A DNA stretch of 64,000 bases from Eledone cirrhosa (GCA_964016885.1 OZ024745.1:70432001-70496000), one strand, 5' to 3'. Shown: positions 30,704 to 45,763, counted from the first letter of the stretch. The notes: generated by a model not told the origin, from the letters alone. Program-made: numbers and translations.

Positions 30704-30754
30704 AGTCCTGATTATTGAAGGCATCTTCGTACCCTTCTAGAATGCATTGCCGTA

Positions 30755-30849
<95 letters not shown>

Positions 30850-31084
30850 AAGATGAATATAAAATGAAAGTGCTTTTTTTAAAAAAGGAATTTATTAGGT
30901 ATTGACATATGTTTCTGTAACAGACGGAATACCTATGTATCGCTGCTTGCGTAATCATATAATGTTAGCAAGTATCCGATAGCAAATGTATAATCAGTTG
31001 TCACTTCTTCAGAGATTTTGGATAAATTGGATAAATTGGATAAAATCAGAAAGATTGAAGTATATATATATATATATATTCTTC

Positions 31085-31765
31085 GAGACTTGTTGGTAGA
31101 TGTACGGTCTTCCTTTGCTCATGTTCTCCATCCAAGGCCTAACAACCCTCTCCGAGCCACGTTATAACCACTTGTATTAACCCTTAAGCACTCAGAAAAG
31201 AAATGAGGAGGCATGACATCTTCTTCGCTGCTCACGACTCCCTGAACCATCTGTTGTATGGCTTTAGGTTGTCTGCCGAGCCATCTGTTCTGCCTTAGCT
31301 TGACCTTTCGCTCCTGATCAAAGTTTTTCTTATCAAAGAAAAATCAAATAATGTTTCAACTTGCTCATTAAGCGCTTTGTACATATCAAACGGTTACCTA
31401 TTGTTTTTGTGGACAGGAATTGGTCTCTGTTATCACATATTGCTTGTATTGCAGGCCTCCGTGCACGATTTTTCTTAAAGTGTGCTTGACATCTTGTGCT
31501 CCTTAGCAATGAGGCTAATTAATTTTCTGATGTTTTATCGTACAATCTGGTTGTTCTGAGGATATTAGGACCCTTAGTAGGTGATTTACGTTTGAGTACT
31601 GTTGTAGAATCCTCACCCGCTTCTTCCATCTCTTTGCGAACTTTGACAACAAACGGCCGCGCTACTTGAAGAAGGCGAGTACCCACTAAAACATTATGCT
31701 CTGACATTATGACAGCAATTACAGTGTTTTTCATTTGCCGAGTTAACTTGATGGCTGTTATCATC
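31085..31765 (-). pseudogene. Decayed Tc1/mariner-superfamily (maT/DD37D-like) transposase
   Basis: The minus strand translates to LQVARPFVVKVRKEM (HTH region), then FFFDKKNFDQ...NRWL...MVQGVVSSEEDVMPPHFF...LRVN...VVRPW...GRPYIYQQ. It is frameshifted and truncated at (TA)n. Confidence 0.8.
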
Positions 31766-31863
31766 TATCTGAAAAGAAATGATAATCAGAACAGAAGTTA
31801 GTAAAAGGTTAGAGCTATTACAATGCGTGTCCTCAAAGATGTGACCAATCACATACACACACG

Positions 31864-31912
<49 letters not shown>

Positions 31913-31971
31913 CCCCCCCCCCCCCACACACACACACACATATATATGTATATATATAGAGAGAGAGAGGA

Positions 31972-32006
<35 letters not shown>

Positions 32007-32145
32007 GAGAGAGACATACATATATAGACACATATTGACAAAGAGAGAGAGAGAGATAATATGTGTGTTCGGCTAAATGTAGGATTCAGACTCCGCCAAA
32101 GATACGTACTCTTACTTCACCTGTTCATTATTTACATGAGCATGA

Positions 32146-32338
32146 GGCGGTGTATTGGCAGTATCGATAGAGGGTCGGACGCCATGCTTTGACGCATAGA
32201 GTTACGGCCCTTGCCATTCTGAGTTCAAATCCCGCCAAGGTTAACTTTGCCTTTCATCCTTACGGGGTCGATAAAATAAAGTACCAGTAATACACTGGTT
32301 AAATTACTGGCCTTGTGCCTAACGTAGAAACAATTATT
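32146..32338 (+). mobile_element. SINE family A, full length, 19-bp TSD
   Basis: ATTATTTACATGAGCATGA occurs at 32127-32145 and 32333-32351. Confidence 0.95.
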
Positions 32339-32384
32339 TACATGAGCATGATTCACATGCGCAGCCATCTTTAAATCGACAGAA

Positions 32385-32970
32385 AGTGATCTTCGACTTG
32401 CAATTGATAGGTTTGATGCATTTGCCGCATGGCTGTAATGAAAATCGGAGATGCGAAAACTGAGACACTCTCTTTCACATGGAAGCCTGCGCAGCGCACT
32501 CTACATGTGAATAGAATTCCACTGAAGCAGGTAGAGAACTATCTCGGGTCGGTGTTCACGAGTGATGGAAAGCAGGAGGCTGAATAAAGTGCAAGAATTG
32601 CAGGAGCTGGTGCAGTAATTCGCCAGCTTCAGCATTTAGTAATCTGAAGAAGGTACGTAGGCGCAAAAGCAAAACTCGCTATCTTCAATTCAGTTTTCGT
32701 GCCAACCCTTATGTATCTTGGGGGATGACCGAAAATATACGATCGCGAATTCAAGCGGCCAAAATGGGATTCCCCAGAAGGGTTTTTGAGTAACTGGCAT
32801 GAGACCCAGGAGTAGATCCCGAGCAAGATGGTTGGATAACATCTATGAGCTTGGGAATCCAGCCGTATCAATTGGAGACGGTTGCTTCTGACAGGACGAG
32901 CAGGAGAGAGCGTTTGAGAACTCTGACCCCGCGACTCGTCAGGAATAAGTGGGCCAAGAAGAAGAAGAAT
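32385..32970 (+). mobile_element. RTE-clade LINE 3' fragment (RT C-terminal region)
   Basis: Translates with stops to MKIGDAKTE...LKQVENYLGSVFTSDGK...ARIAGAGAVIRQL...AKLAIFNSVFVPTLMY; ends in an (AAG)/(GAT) tail. Confidence 0.85.
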
Positions 32971-34147
32971 AATGTAGACGATGAAGATGATGATGATGAT
33001 AATGATGATGATGATGGTGATGATGAAAACATGGCAGCTGTTAATGATTATTATTTGCTGTCCAAACAACTATATGATGGGTTGTGTTTGCAATATGCAA
33101 AATATTTTATGGGATTTTCCCGCCCTTTTCCGTATCTTGGGACCAGTGTATGTATTCAATATAGGGAATATTAACCATGACTATTCAAATTCCTTTTCTT
33201 TTGTGCCCCTAAGAATTTCATCAGGATATTGTTTATTCAGTCGGTGAAAATATGGATGGGAATGTTTCTACTCTATTCCTTATGAATGTTTACATTCAAC
33301 GAAAGCGTATTTCGTATATTTATGAATGTGTATATATCGTTCGTATGCTTATGTGATTTCGTGAGAATATGTGCGGGAGTATGTGTTTCTATGTGTAGGA
33401 ATAAAGTGTGCAATCATGTCTCTCCCTTTAGTATCAGTGTGTGTTGAAGATTAAGTGAAAACAATGTAGTAAAACATTGGCAGGGCAATAAAAGCAATTT
33501 CCTGTCAGTTAAAAAAGCCACAATGAGTGATTAGATGAAGCCGAGAGCTAGACTATACTATAATATATTTAGTATACTGTTTTTAGAAGCTAATGTGCAA
33601 TAGAGTGAAGCATTTTGAAAGTAGGATGTTTTAGCTATCTATATACACCGGTAAGTAAGTATTGATGTTCATTTAGATTCTCATTGATGTAAGCATGTTT
33701 ATCTATATATCTATCTAACTATATATCTTTGTATCTATCTAACACCGGTGTTTCACTGCTGGCAGTATGCTCAAGTATATCTAGCATTACGCATCGTAGT
33801 TAATACCCTTCCTGATGGCTAGTAAGAGGGATGTACCACCAGCTAGGTAAATATTAAAATAGATAGAAATGCATGCATGAATGTACGTTTAAATGACATA
33901 TATAAATATGTATATATATATATATATTTATATATACATATATATATATATATACATATATATATGTGTATGTGTGTGTATGAATGTATGTATGTATTTA
34001 TACGGACAAGAAGAGAATGAGAGAGACGTAGTTAGTTGATAGATAGATAGATAATATCCCGTAAAATAGGTTGCACAAATATACATTATTATATGCTTCA
34101 AAATATTTACCTTTCATTTGCGTCGATATATTTATTTTTATACATAC

Positions 34148-34252
<105 letters not shown>

Positions 34253-34322
34253 CGCGTGTGTGTGTGTGTGTGTGTATGTGTGTTTGTGTGCGTGTGTAGT
34301 TCTGACTGTATATATATATATT

Positions 34323-34428
34323 TATAGGGTGTCCAAAAAATGTATACACAATTGAACAGCATTCTAATAAATATTGCCTGTATAGGTAATCAAAGAATAT
34401 ATACATTTATGGGAGACACCCTCTGTAT
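34323..34428. mobile_element. Possible Tc1/mariner-type MITE
   Basis: Imperfect TIRs TATAGGGTGTCCAAAAAATGTATA ... TATACATTTATGGGAGACACCCTCTGTA with TA flanks. Confidence 0.55.
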
Positions 34429-37400
34429 ATACGTGTGTATGCGTTTGTGAAATACTATAAAATGGATGACAATATACAAATGTGACTTGACGCAGGGTGT
34501 TACAATTACATACCTTTGACAAATCGATGTGTGTGTATATTCAATTAAACTATTTCAGAGAAAACTCGTCATCAAATAAACATATTTGTACCTTATTTCT
34601 TTCTTTTAATTTCCTTTTCTCATATTTTCAGTTATCGGCAGAAATTGCGAAGTTTATAATGTTTACAGAAAAATATCTAAACGTGATGCAATCAAAATTT
34701 CTGTAATATGTATTTGCGTTGATCTCTGTAGAGGAGCCGTCTAGGTTCAAATTCTGCCTTGGTTCATTTTGCTTGTTATCCTTTCTGAGTCGATAATAAA
34801 AGTACCTGCTCCGCTATCGTATCAAGCATGTTTCGCTGGATGAAGTAAGGGTATTTGTATCCATATACGACTAAATTGACAACTAAAATGTTTAGAGAAG
34901 CCATGCTACATATTAATGAAGTCATCCTTGATTGCGAATAGTTTATACATTGTTATTGGTTTTAGTGTTGCTTTTAAACATACTAAACATATCAAACCGA
35001 AAGGGCTTTGGGTTAATGATAACATGCGATTGATAACTTGGATTAGTGATAACATGGGATTGAAATCTTCATATTACGTCCTAGGCACACTGCCTACGAA
35101 ATGCATTGTATCCAAGAACATGGGATTCGGGAGAAATTTAGATACTAATTTTATCAGATTAGGTTACTACGTAGAAACTCGTGCGTTGGATTTTATGTTT
35201 GTTTGTATATATTGACATACATATATATATATATGTGTGTGTGTGTGTGTATGTGCGGACGTGCGTGTGTGTGTATCCGTGTGTTGATGCGTGTAAATAT
35301 ATATAATATATGTGTGGGTGGGGGGTGGGGGTTGTGTTTGTGTGTCTTGTATTCATATAAGGCGCATGTATGTGTACGTGTGATTTTTATGTCTGAATGT
35401 ATGAGCAGGTGAATTTTGTTTTTCGTTTCATTAATCATATCAATGTTAAAAAATCAGGAAACTGCATTTTGATTCTTCTCACTAAACGAAAGAAATCATT
35501 TGCCAATGTCTGTTAAGAATAGACAAAAAACATAGTAACTGAATTTAGTTTGAAGAAGTATAAATAATAGGAGAGAAACCATTACTAAGAACTTTGATGT
35601 AGAAACAGTAAAATAGTATCTTTCTACAGTATCCTGTATGTGTATGTTCTCTAGAGAGATAGGACCATTTATATATAGTTCGTTAATAATAATCGACACT
35701 ACATACATCAGAGAATGTTTTTAGAAGCATAATTCCATAAAACGTTGCTAAAATTGTAGATTTCACACCACCACACCTAATCTATACTGGTACACAGTTC
35801 TAACACAAACTGCTGTTAAGAATTCATTGGCAGCTATAAATCTTTTATTTCCTTCATTGTTTTTCATTCATTTGAACATTCTATCGTCATAGCTCTTTGT
35901 TAACTTGTCAACAATATCTTTCAAAACATTGAACTAACTATAAATATTATTTAGACAAAACGAAGTCTATTTTATCGACTCAGTTTATTTAACTGTACAT
36001 ATCTTAATGGAGGTAGTATGACAAAATGGTTGAAATGTTTGCTTTACAATCATATTGTCCCGGGTTCTATTCCAATACATGTCTTTTTTAGCAAGTATCA
36101 TTTAATTTAGACTCGGATCGACCCAAGTGTTTTAATTGGAAGTGGTTTTAGTTAAACTACTTGGGACCAGTCTTAAAGTTCAATCTTAAGAATTGCGTTA
36201 AATATACACGTGTTTGTTAATCGAACAATTAGACCTTAATTGTAGTAACTAATGGAGGTCCATACCATTCCACGTATTTGTGTTTGTCTTTGTGCAAGTA
36301 AGAATTCTTCTTTACTTCCACATTTTAGCAGTGATTTAATTTTACGAAATCTTGCTGTTTTTGTCTCTATGATTTTTGGTGGTGAGGCATGTTTTTCTAT
36401 TGCTCTTACATACTTATATTTAGCCGGTCCTCTATGATGGTTCATGGATATTTTGATGACGCGAGGTTAGTACTATCATGTCAGCATTACCCTGGTTAGA
36501 GGAAGGGAGATTTGAACACAAATGTTAATTATTACAATATTCCGATAGCAACCATCCCAATCTTAACCGTAATCTTTATCGCAATACTTCATAGAAACAA
36601 GAAGTTGATTCGTTTGTTTAAATCACTATCCTATTTGTTCACAGGTCGTTTTGTTCAGATTTGATATGCATATTCATATTTCATGTCGATCGTAAAATAG
36701 CGGGGAATATAAAACATCGTACAATCCTAAAGCAACGTCATTTCTATATAGACTACAGAAGTAAATCACATGTATTTCCATGGTAATAACCATAGTAATA
36801 CAATAGCCTCAAAGAAAACTAATGCGTTGCCTCATTTTCAATTTCGGATTAATGACTACTTTCTCCATTGACGTAATAAATTCCATTGAGACATGATTTT
36901 ATGCCAACCAATTACATTATATATTTTAAATAAATCTATAAGGTAATATATGCTATGTACGGCAGCATATTGTTTTTCTTCGCATTGAGCGTACCGAAAA
37001 TTTAACAATTGATATATTTTACTGTATTCCAGAAACCACGGTCTATTTCGATTAAGGGTTTGAAGAAGAAAATCTGAAATTTATTTCAAATAATAATGAT
37101 TTCAAATTTTCAAATAAGCTAGTGATTTTGCGTGGTGGGAAAGTCGTAAAGAACCGTAAGTAGGTGTGGCAAAGCATTTCGTCCGATACTGTAACGTTTC
37201 TGTCCATCCAATTGATCCTAATCTTGGCACATGGCTAGCACTTTAGGGAGATAAGAAAGGCGATTGAATTGACTGTTACACGTCTGTACAAGAGAGGCTG
37301 AGTATATCTCAAACCGGGAAAATGGCCCGAATGCTTGCAACAATTAAACCGGGCGCGAATTTTGTCTAACAGACAAATTACAAAAAAAAAAAAAAAATGA

Positions 37401-37713
37401 ATTTTCTTATACACTTCCAATGCAAACAATGTTATACAATATCTGAGAGCTTTACAAATATAATGCAGTCTATGTCATTAGCATAGATGCCAAATAGAAT
37501 CAGAACAATAGTTCCTTTCAATATTTTTTTTTCCTGTATATTTCGAGGGAACGGCCGTCCTGGTTTCAAGTGATACGACATTGTTTAATTCGGATATGAT
37601 CCAAAATCTATATGAATTTTTCAGTTGAACTTTTATTATTTTAGCTGTACATATCTATATATATATGTGTGTATATTTATATATATATAAGCTAAAATAT
37701 AATATATATATGT

Positions 37714-37754
<41 letters not shown>

Positions 37755-37781
37755 TGTATGTGTGTGTATGTGCGTGTGCGT

Positions 37782-37854
<73 letters not shown>

Positions 37855-38101
37855 CGTGTGTGTGTGCGTGCGTGTGTGAGTCTACATTTAAAATGATTTC
37901 AATAAAAAAAGAAATTTCAACAGAGGAAATGATTCAATTCAAATAGCATTGACATCCTGAAAATTTTTCTTGCTAGTTTCCGCTGTAAATTACTTCCAAT
38001 GATCGACGTACATAAATAGATTTATATAAAAAGTATATACCACGTTACAGTACAAACAAATACGATAAGATAGTTGCTAGTTTTTGTCTCTGTGCATTAT
38101 C

Positions 38102-38155
<54 letters not shown>

Positions 38156-38705
38156 TCTATATATATATATATATATACGTGTGTGTGTGTGTGTGTGTGT
38201 GTATAGTAAATATTATATACCAAACATGAATCAGGTTTGTTCAAGGTAAATGCTGTAAAATAATGTTAATATTCGTGTATTTGAACCTAAAAACCCAAGG
38301 TATAATATTGTTCTAGTTACATCAACAATATATTATCGAAGCTTATCAACAAGTAGCTAGTCTTGTATAAAACATTTTTTCTTCTTATCTCAATTAAAAT
38401 GACTACACTAATAGGTCTTCAAAATACATTTTCAATATGTTAAAATCTCGATTATATCTTCGATTTCGTTACATACCCACGGTTGATTAACGCGTAACAC
38501 TCGAACACGTGTGGAAGCAAGTAAACTATATATATATATATATATTAAAATAACAGATTAAAGTTTAAGCAAAGAATCGCTGCTTTCACCCTTAACGGGA
38601 TCTTCTGAAACTCTTTGCTCTACGATTCTTATATATTTGATATATATTTATCCTTATTGAGCCCTCTTTGGATTTTAATCTTCAAATTTATTATTATTAC
38701 TACAT

Positions 38706-38761
38706 ATAATTTGATATTATCTAAATTCAAGAGATAACATTTGGTCTCTGATGAGGGCTTT

Positions 38762-38839
<78 letters not shown>

Positions 38840-38895
38840 AAAACCCTCATCAGAGACCAAATGTTATCTCTTGAATTTAGATAATATGAAATTAT
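38706..38895. repeat. Inverted repeat (60-bp arms, 2 mismatches) around a pure (TA)n spacer, carrying CTGATGA
   Basis: 38706-38765 matches the reverse complement of 38836-38895; CTGATGA is at 38748-38754. Confidence 0.95.
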
Positions 38896-39849
38896 CAAGG
38901 GGCAAAATCTACATGCTGAAATTCATTTTGTAAAAATGCCTTAGATAGATGTAATCTTTCAGTCAGAATTTATTCAGATATTTGTTTGAAAACACAAGCT
39001 TTTTAGGAGTAGGCCTTAAACATTCGCTGACATAATAAGTGCGCCAGTAATTATAGTTTTACATATGAACTTGTAAACTTATTCAGAACTTATTCTTAAA
39101 TATTTATTTCTCTATGAGTTTGCAGAAATTATCGCATCTGCATGGCTACTGAGCTCCAAATATTTATATATATTTTCTTTTCTTTCACTATGTCTGTCTC
39201 TACGTGGTTTTCTACATATCTGTATGCGTAGAAGGATATATGCCTATCTGTGTAATTAGTTTCTACAAAGTATACATCTTCTAGATTACAAACATTCTAT
39301 GGTCAAATTAAACAATTTAGGGATTTTGTATTGACTCGCTCCAATCATTGTTAGTGATGTCGCATACACTTTCCATTCCTGCAGGTTTGACGCCATAATT
39401 ATCAAGTAATATACAAGAGTCATTCGCACACTGGATAATTGTTCCAGGTCTGTGTGCTCGTTGTTCACATAAAACCACTGTTGATTTTCTGTTTCCTCTT
39501 TCATAGTCGATAACAAAAATACCAGCCAGTTGCTATGTAGCCCTCTCTAACTTCAGTTGTCACATTACGGATATTGCTATGAGAGAGACGATCAGTGTCT
39601 TCTAACCTCTGCATGTACATCTAAAATTCTTAACGAAAGTCTAGTATATGATACCAAGTCATATTCGAGTATACAGAAGTTCTATGTATTCCCGATTCCT
39701 TGCAAATAAATAGCCTCTTCATAAAAAGGGAAACAAGGACTAATCAACATTAAGAAATTAGTCTAATTAATATTATCAGTTCAATGTTAAGTATGTTTCA
39801 CTGTCGCATTCTGCACTGGAACACACGTGAACACCAGGGCCCACTCAAG

Positions 39850-40490
39850 TAAATAGCTATTATTCTGGAGACATATCCTGGGGTAAGGAGTTTTATCCGG
39901 GATATCCTGGAGAAATTTGTCCAAAGTATGTTTGAACCTTATGGGATCTGTTTCTATTTGTATGTGTTTTGGTATAATGTTAAAGAGCGCGGGACCAGTT
40001 GAGGTGAGATAATTGTGCCGTATTGTTGTTATGAGATGCGTGTTAGGTTTTCGTTGTGAGCGGATAATGCCGGGCCCAAGCCTCACATATTTTAAAGATG
40101 ATGCCAACATCATTTTGGCCAAGCTGATAGAATATTTTCACATCATGCAGATAATGTAGCGCTCATGGTAGCGTTGGGGAAAGTAGAGTTTGAGCTTTTT
40201 TAGTGGATCCCAATAGTCAAGGCTTGTCATGCCGTCTATCTTGTTTGCGATTGACCGTTGAGTTGCTTCAATTTTCATAATACTTTGTTTCGTGTGGGGA
40301 GACCACAGTGTACTACATTATTCAAGGTGGAACCGGGCAAAGTAGAGAACAGAAGAATAATCGTGTGGGTATCTCTTCTCTAGAAAGTTCTGAGAATCCT
40401 GGAACACATCCTGCAGGCCATGTCAACTTTGCTGTTTATATGAGTGGCCCAGCGTATATGCTTTTCAATTGCTACAGTATCGTTTACAAT
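39850..40490 (-). mobile_element. CR1/L2-group LINE 3' fragment
   Basis: Minus frames give WATHIN...ILRTF, HLE*CSTLWSPHTKQSIMKIEATQR, LDYWDPLKKLKLY and GPALFNIIPKHI...FKHTLDKFLQDIPD. Confidence 0.85.
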
Positions 40491-42588
40491 GCTGAATATA
40501 GGCCTATGATGATGATTATATACAGCAATGTTCTCTAGCCGTGAGTTGTGTATATAAATTTGAAACATGTGTCTGTTTGTGTGTCTCTATATGTATTTGT
40601 TCGTATGTATGTGTGCGTGTAAGTGATTGTGTTCTTTTTCTATGTTGTTATGAAACCACCAATGAATGAGTGTCTACTCTATCCCCACGTTCAAAACTAA
40701 TAATTGTTTACGCTTATAGGTTATTCATCATGTATATGTTTAGTGTCACATATATAAAACAGCTGGAGCTGAGGGTGGATTCCTTTTTATAAAGATAATA
40801 TTTACTTATTAAAATGTACTATGTGCTCTTTTACATACGATATTCAAGTTTAACTAGATTTAATTAATATGTTTAATATTCTATTAGCACATGATAGATT
40901 AATTTAATTGAATATAATTTAATTCGAATTCCCTGGCATGGATGATAATTTCTATCAGAAAGGCATGATTGTAGAATTCTAGAGTAAAACACCAGTTTGA
41001 TCTATCTTAAAACTATTGAGTTACATGTTTAATATTTTACATTTTAATGGTATTGTTTTATCAAATTGTCTTAAATTTTATATCATATCTTCTCAGCTTT
41101 AGCCTCACCATCATTTTCCTTGTTCAATTTTATATATAATTCATCAATATATATTATACATATATGCATTCTGCCTACTCACTTTTCATATGTTCCATAT
41201 AGTTGTGTCAAATTACTCTTAAATCTTAATCTTTGTCTTTATTTTTCTACACTTATTTTAGTTCCCATTTATATTAATTTACACAAATTCCTCTTTATTA
41301 TTAATTAACACATTTTCCTTTACTATTCTACTGATCATCCTTCTTTCTGTTTTCTAATTCATTATTTATACCATTTCATTCGTTTCTATAAAATAAAAAC
41401 ACTATTTATACTTCTCTTCATGCATTTGCAACATCATTCTCCAGTTCTCTTTCTTCTCCAGTTCTCGCTCTCTGACTTCTCTATCTCCTACCTTTTCTTC
41501 CATTGTTCTTCTCATACAAGAATTGCCATGTCTCTGGTTTTGTCTCTTTACTCCTATAGAATCATTTCAACACTCATTTTTCCTTCTTTAATTATCTCAA
41601 TTATTTTTCATCATTGTAGTTTTCTCATTATTTCAATTCTTTTCTTCTTTTACACCTTTCCTATTTTTATTCTCATCGTTACCCAATCAACCCTTCTAAA
41701 TATTATTTTAACACATAAAGCATTTCCAATAATATATGGAAATTATATTTAATTTACCAAACCACTTCCAGTTCTGCACATCTATCTGTCGCTATATTAG
41801 AAAGAAACCATCATTAGTAATTTGTGATACCTGCATCATCCTTGCTTCCTGTATGTTTTTCCTCTGTACATTTAGTTATATATTGTGTTTATTTTTTTAT
41901 TCCTTTCATCACTTTTAACCAATTTACCCTTGTTACTAACCTTCTATGATCCATTTGTAGCTCATCCTTTTCATTGCTAACCGCTTTGTCCTACCTAGTT
42001 GTTACTTTTTTAGTTGTCTTCCTCGTGAACGTCACCAGAATCGTGTTTTCTTTAACAAACCGTTGGGTCCATAACTAGATGCTTACCAAACACTTGCCTG
42101 TCCCCAGGTATGATGCCGTCATCTTGAAATCAAACTCAGTCCGTCTTATTGAATTACAGAGACATCATGGAGAAGGGGACCAGAAAATGCTTGTGAAACA
42201 TGAGAAGCTGGGAATCTTTTACTGGCATCACATTGAGTCTCCTCCTCCAACATTTACCCACGCTTCAAGACCTGGTGCTTCTGCCTCCGTTGCTGCCGCT
42301 TAACCTTGGAATACGTCTACTACTCCTTCTGCTAATGCAGGGCTGCCCATACTGCTGTGTGTTCATTCAATGAGTCATCCAGTCTGATAGCTGCTCACCA
42401 ATATGCCCTCCTCCAGGCAGTAAGCATGCCTTCATTACTTATATGTACCCAGACAGCATTAAAACCTATCCACAAATCATTACACACTAGATAAAGCGTC
42501 TTTCTCCTTTCTTTATTTTAAATTTAAAAGTCTATCTATCACGTTATCCACCCATATTTAAATATTGAAGCAAACATATACACACAAT

Positions 42589-42744
<156 letters not shown>

Positions 42745-42844
42745 GTACATGTATAAATATATATAATGCATTTGTAAGTATATGTACATGAATACCTTTT
42801 ACATGTGTATAAATGTGTGCATACACATATATAATGTAAATGTT

Positions 42845-42900
<56 letters not shown>

Positions 42901-42973
42901 GCTCTTAAAATGGGTAGATAATTTGATAGATTGATAAATAATCAGATAAAGAAGGGAAGAGGTCAGAAACGTT

Positions 42974-43018
<45 letters not shown>

Positions 43019-43525
43019 TATAAACAAATTATTAAAATTTTACTTAGCATATACAAATATACAAGTTAACTTTTAACCATCTTCATGCACCTACTCCGAA
43101 ATTCATGAACATAATTCAATCATTATGTATACTGAGCCATTGTTTCAGGCCTTTAATCAATTCAAATGTTCTGTATTACTGTGGAAGTATTTGTCTACAT
43201 ATGTATGTATTTATATATGTATGTATTGATGTATATATGCCATTGCACGCACACAGTTGCATATTGACATACAGGACACGCAATAACACATTATTTGGTG
43301 TATATAACCATATGTATGTTTAATTAAACTCTATTTAGCCTTTCAATTATTATTATAACTAATTAATTTAATCAATATTATAATTGGTCATCATGTAAAC
43401 TGTTTTAACTTACCCTTGTTTTTATATACATTATATACATAGATATACTCACATACACAACCACATACACACACGCACACAGGTTAATATAGGTATATAC
43501 ACATATATGTATCTATATATGTATG

Positions 43526-43595
<70 letters not shown>

Positions 43596-43715
43596 TGTAT
43601 ATGTATATATATGAGTGTATATGTATATATATATATATATATATATGTATAGATATATTTATATGCATATATATGTATATATATATGTGTATATATATAT
43701 ATATATGTCTGTGTG

Positions 43716-43769
<54 letters not shown>

Positions 43770-44096
43770 GACATATATATATATATACACATATATATAT
43801 ATGTGTATATATACATATATATGTTTACATATATATATATATATATATATGTGTGTGTATATATACTCTGTTTTAAGGATTCAACTTATGATATCAAGGT
43901 AAAACTGAGTCTGTATTGAACTTGATATTTCTCTCTCTTTCTAAAGAAAGAGTAAATTAGCCAAATACTATGAAAGTAAAGTATACAATTCCTAATATAA
44001 TATATAATGTTTTATTAAATGTTTCGTTAGCATATTTCCCATGAAAGACAGAAATCATTTTACAACGAATCAACGTATGGAGGTGGAGTTTGTAAG

Positions 44097-44212
44097 AATT
44101 GTTTCTACATTTGGCACAAGGCCAGCAATTATCCCAGTGTATTACTGGTACTTTATTTTATCGACCCCGTAAGGATGACAGGCAAAGTTAACCTCGACGG
44201 GATTTGAACTCA
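44097..44212 (-). mobile_element. SINE family A, 5'-truncated
   Basis: Reverse complement covering the B-box through the tail. Confidence 0.9.
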
Positions 44213-45763
44213 ATACTCCATTGAGAACGTTACCATTAGCACATGTTTTCACATAAATGTGTGATGAAAGACATTTTAGATAAATATAAACGCTTTAAAA
44301 TAAATAGTTTTGTATCCTAGAACCAAAAGGTTATTTGTATCGAAAATGTTAATTGCGACGTGAACTGCGATATATGCATGTTGTTGATTCATTCTGTGAT
44401 ACAGCATACAGCATACAATAATTCATTACCAATTCAAGTTCGCTAATAAACATTCACATTGTTATATTTATATGTGGTACCTTTAAGTAAGGGTTTCGTC
44501 TTGTATTTGCTCCGTAATTCTATCTGGATTAAGAATAGTGAACTTTATAAGATTTTACTTAAACATTTCATTTAAAAGAGTGTATCATTTATATATACAA
44601 ATACAGTAAGGACACATGTTCGGAACTTCAAATAAACTCGCTTAACCTACTATGTTAAATTTATATTATATATTAATAACGGGTATATAAACCTATATGC
44701 AATGTTATAAACATATGTAATTTCCTATCAGTATCTCAAATGATGAGAATGTCTTTATTATGAATCACACTCTGTTAGTGTTTTCGCCAGTTAAAACAAA
44801 GTAGACATGCTTATATAGTATATAAATAATACTTGGCCAAGTATAGTTTGCCTCGGTAGCTTGGGGTAAGTGCAAAGTAACTGTAACGACAGGGAACTGC
44901 GTCTACCCATGCTGAGGTAGCAGTGATATGAAATACAGTAAAACTAAATTTATATTCATAATACATAAACATACAGTATATGTGATCATATATGCTTTCA
45001 CTTTGAATCATACTGTAGTAATATAATCGTTACTTACATAATAAAGAATCTATTGAATATTATCAAATAGACGTATATATTTAGCGTTGAGCGTCAGTCA
45101 CATATCATTTCATACCATATAGTAATCCATAATTACGTTATCATCATTATCATTAAAATTAATATCGCATTCTTGATTATTACATTATCATGCAAATAAT
45201 ATCCAAATGTTCATGATTAGAAATACTAACCCTCCAGCATATGTGTAAAGAAAAATACATTTAGATACCATCAAATTGTGAATTTCTTTTCTATTGTCAG
45301 GGAATATTCATAGCAGGCCTCTTTCGAGGTTATTCTACGTAGGTTTCTTGAGTATTTCAATGGTAGATGTCATTAGACCGATTATGTAACCATTTTCCCG
45401 ACGACACGAAGAAGGATTTGAACTGATAACTCAGAGAGTCGGAACAGATACCCCAAGGAGATTAGACCGAGTCCCTAACAATTCCGCCCTGGGTGCTACT
45501 TTGTTTACTGACCCTGAAACAATGAAATGCACTGATAATGTCAGCATGATTTGCAAAGGACAAGGGAAAACATTGCAACGCATATAACCTGATACGTCAG
45601 AACGCCGCCATTTTGGTATTGTTTGGTAGAAAGTGAACCTTGATCGAGCAGATGTATGTAAAGAAAACGTTACAATCATGACCATTCTTTAGTCATACCT
45701 CTAACACCCGATTATCCATCTTTGAAGAAGGTGGCTTATAAATTGAGATTATTATTTAAATAA

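Noticed and set aside
42020-42430. GC-richer patch as a host exon
   Set aside because: No recognisable protein motif or convincing splice pair; more likely a TE relic, but unassignable by eye.
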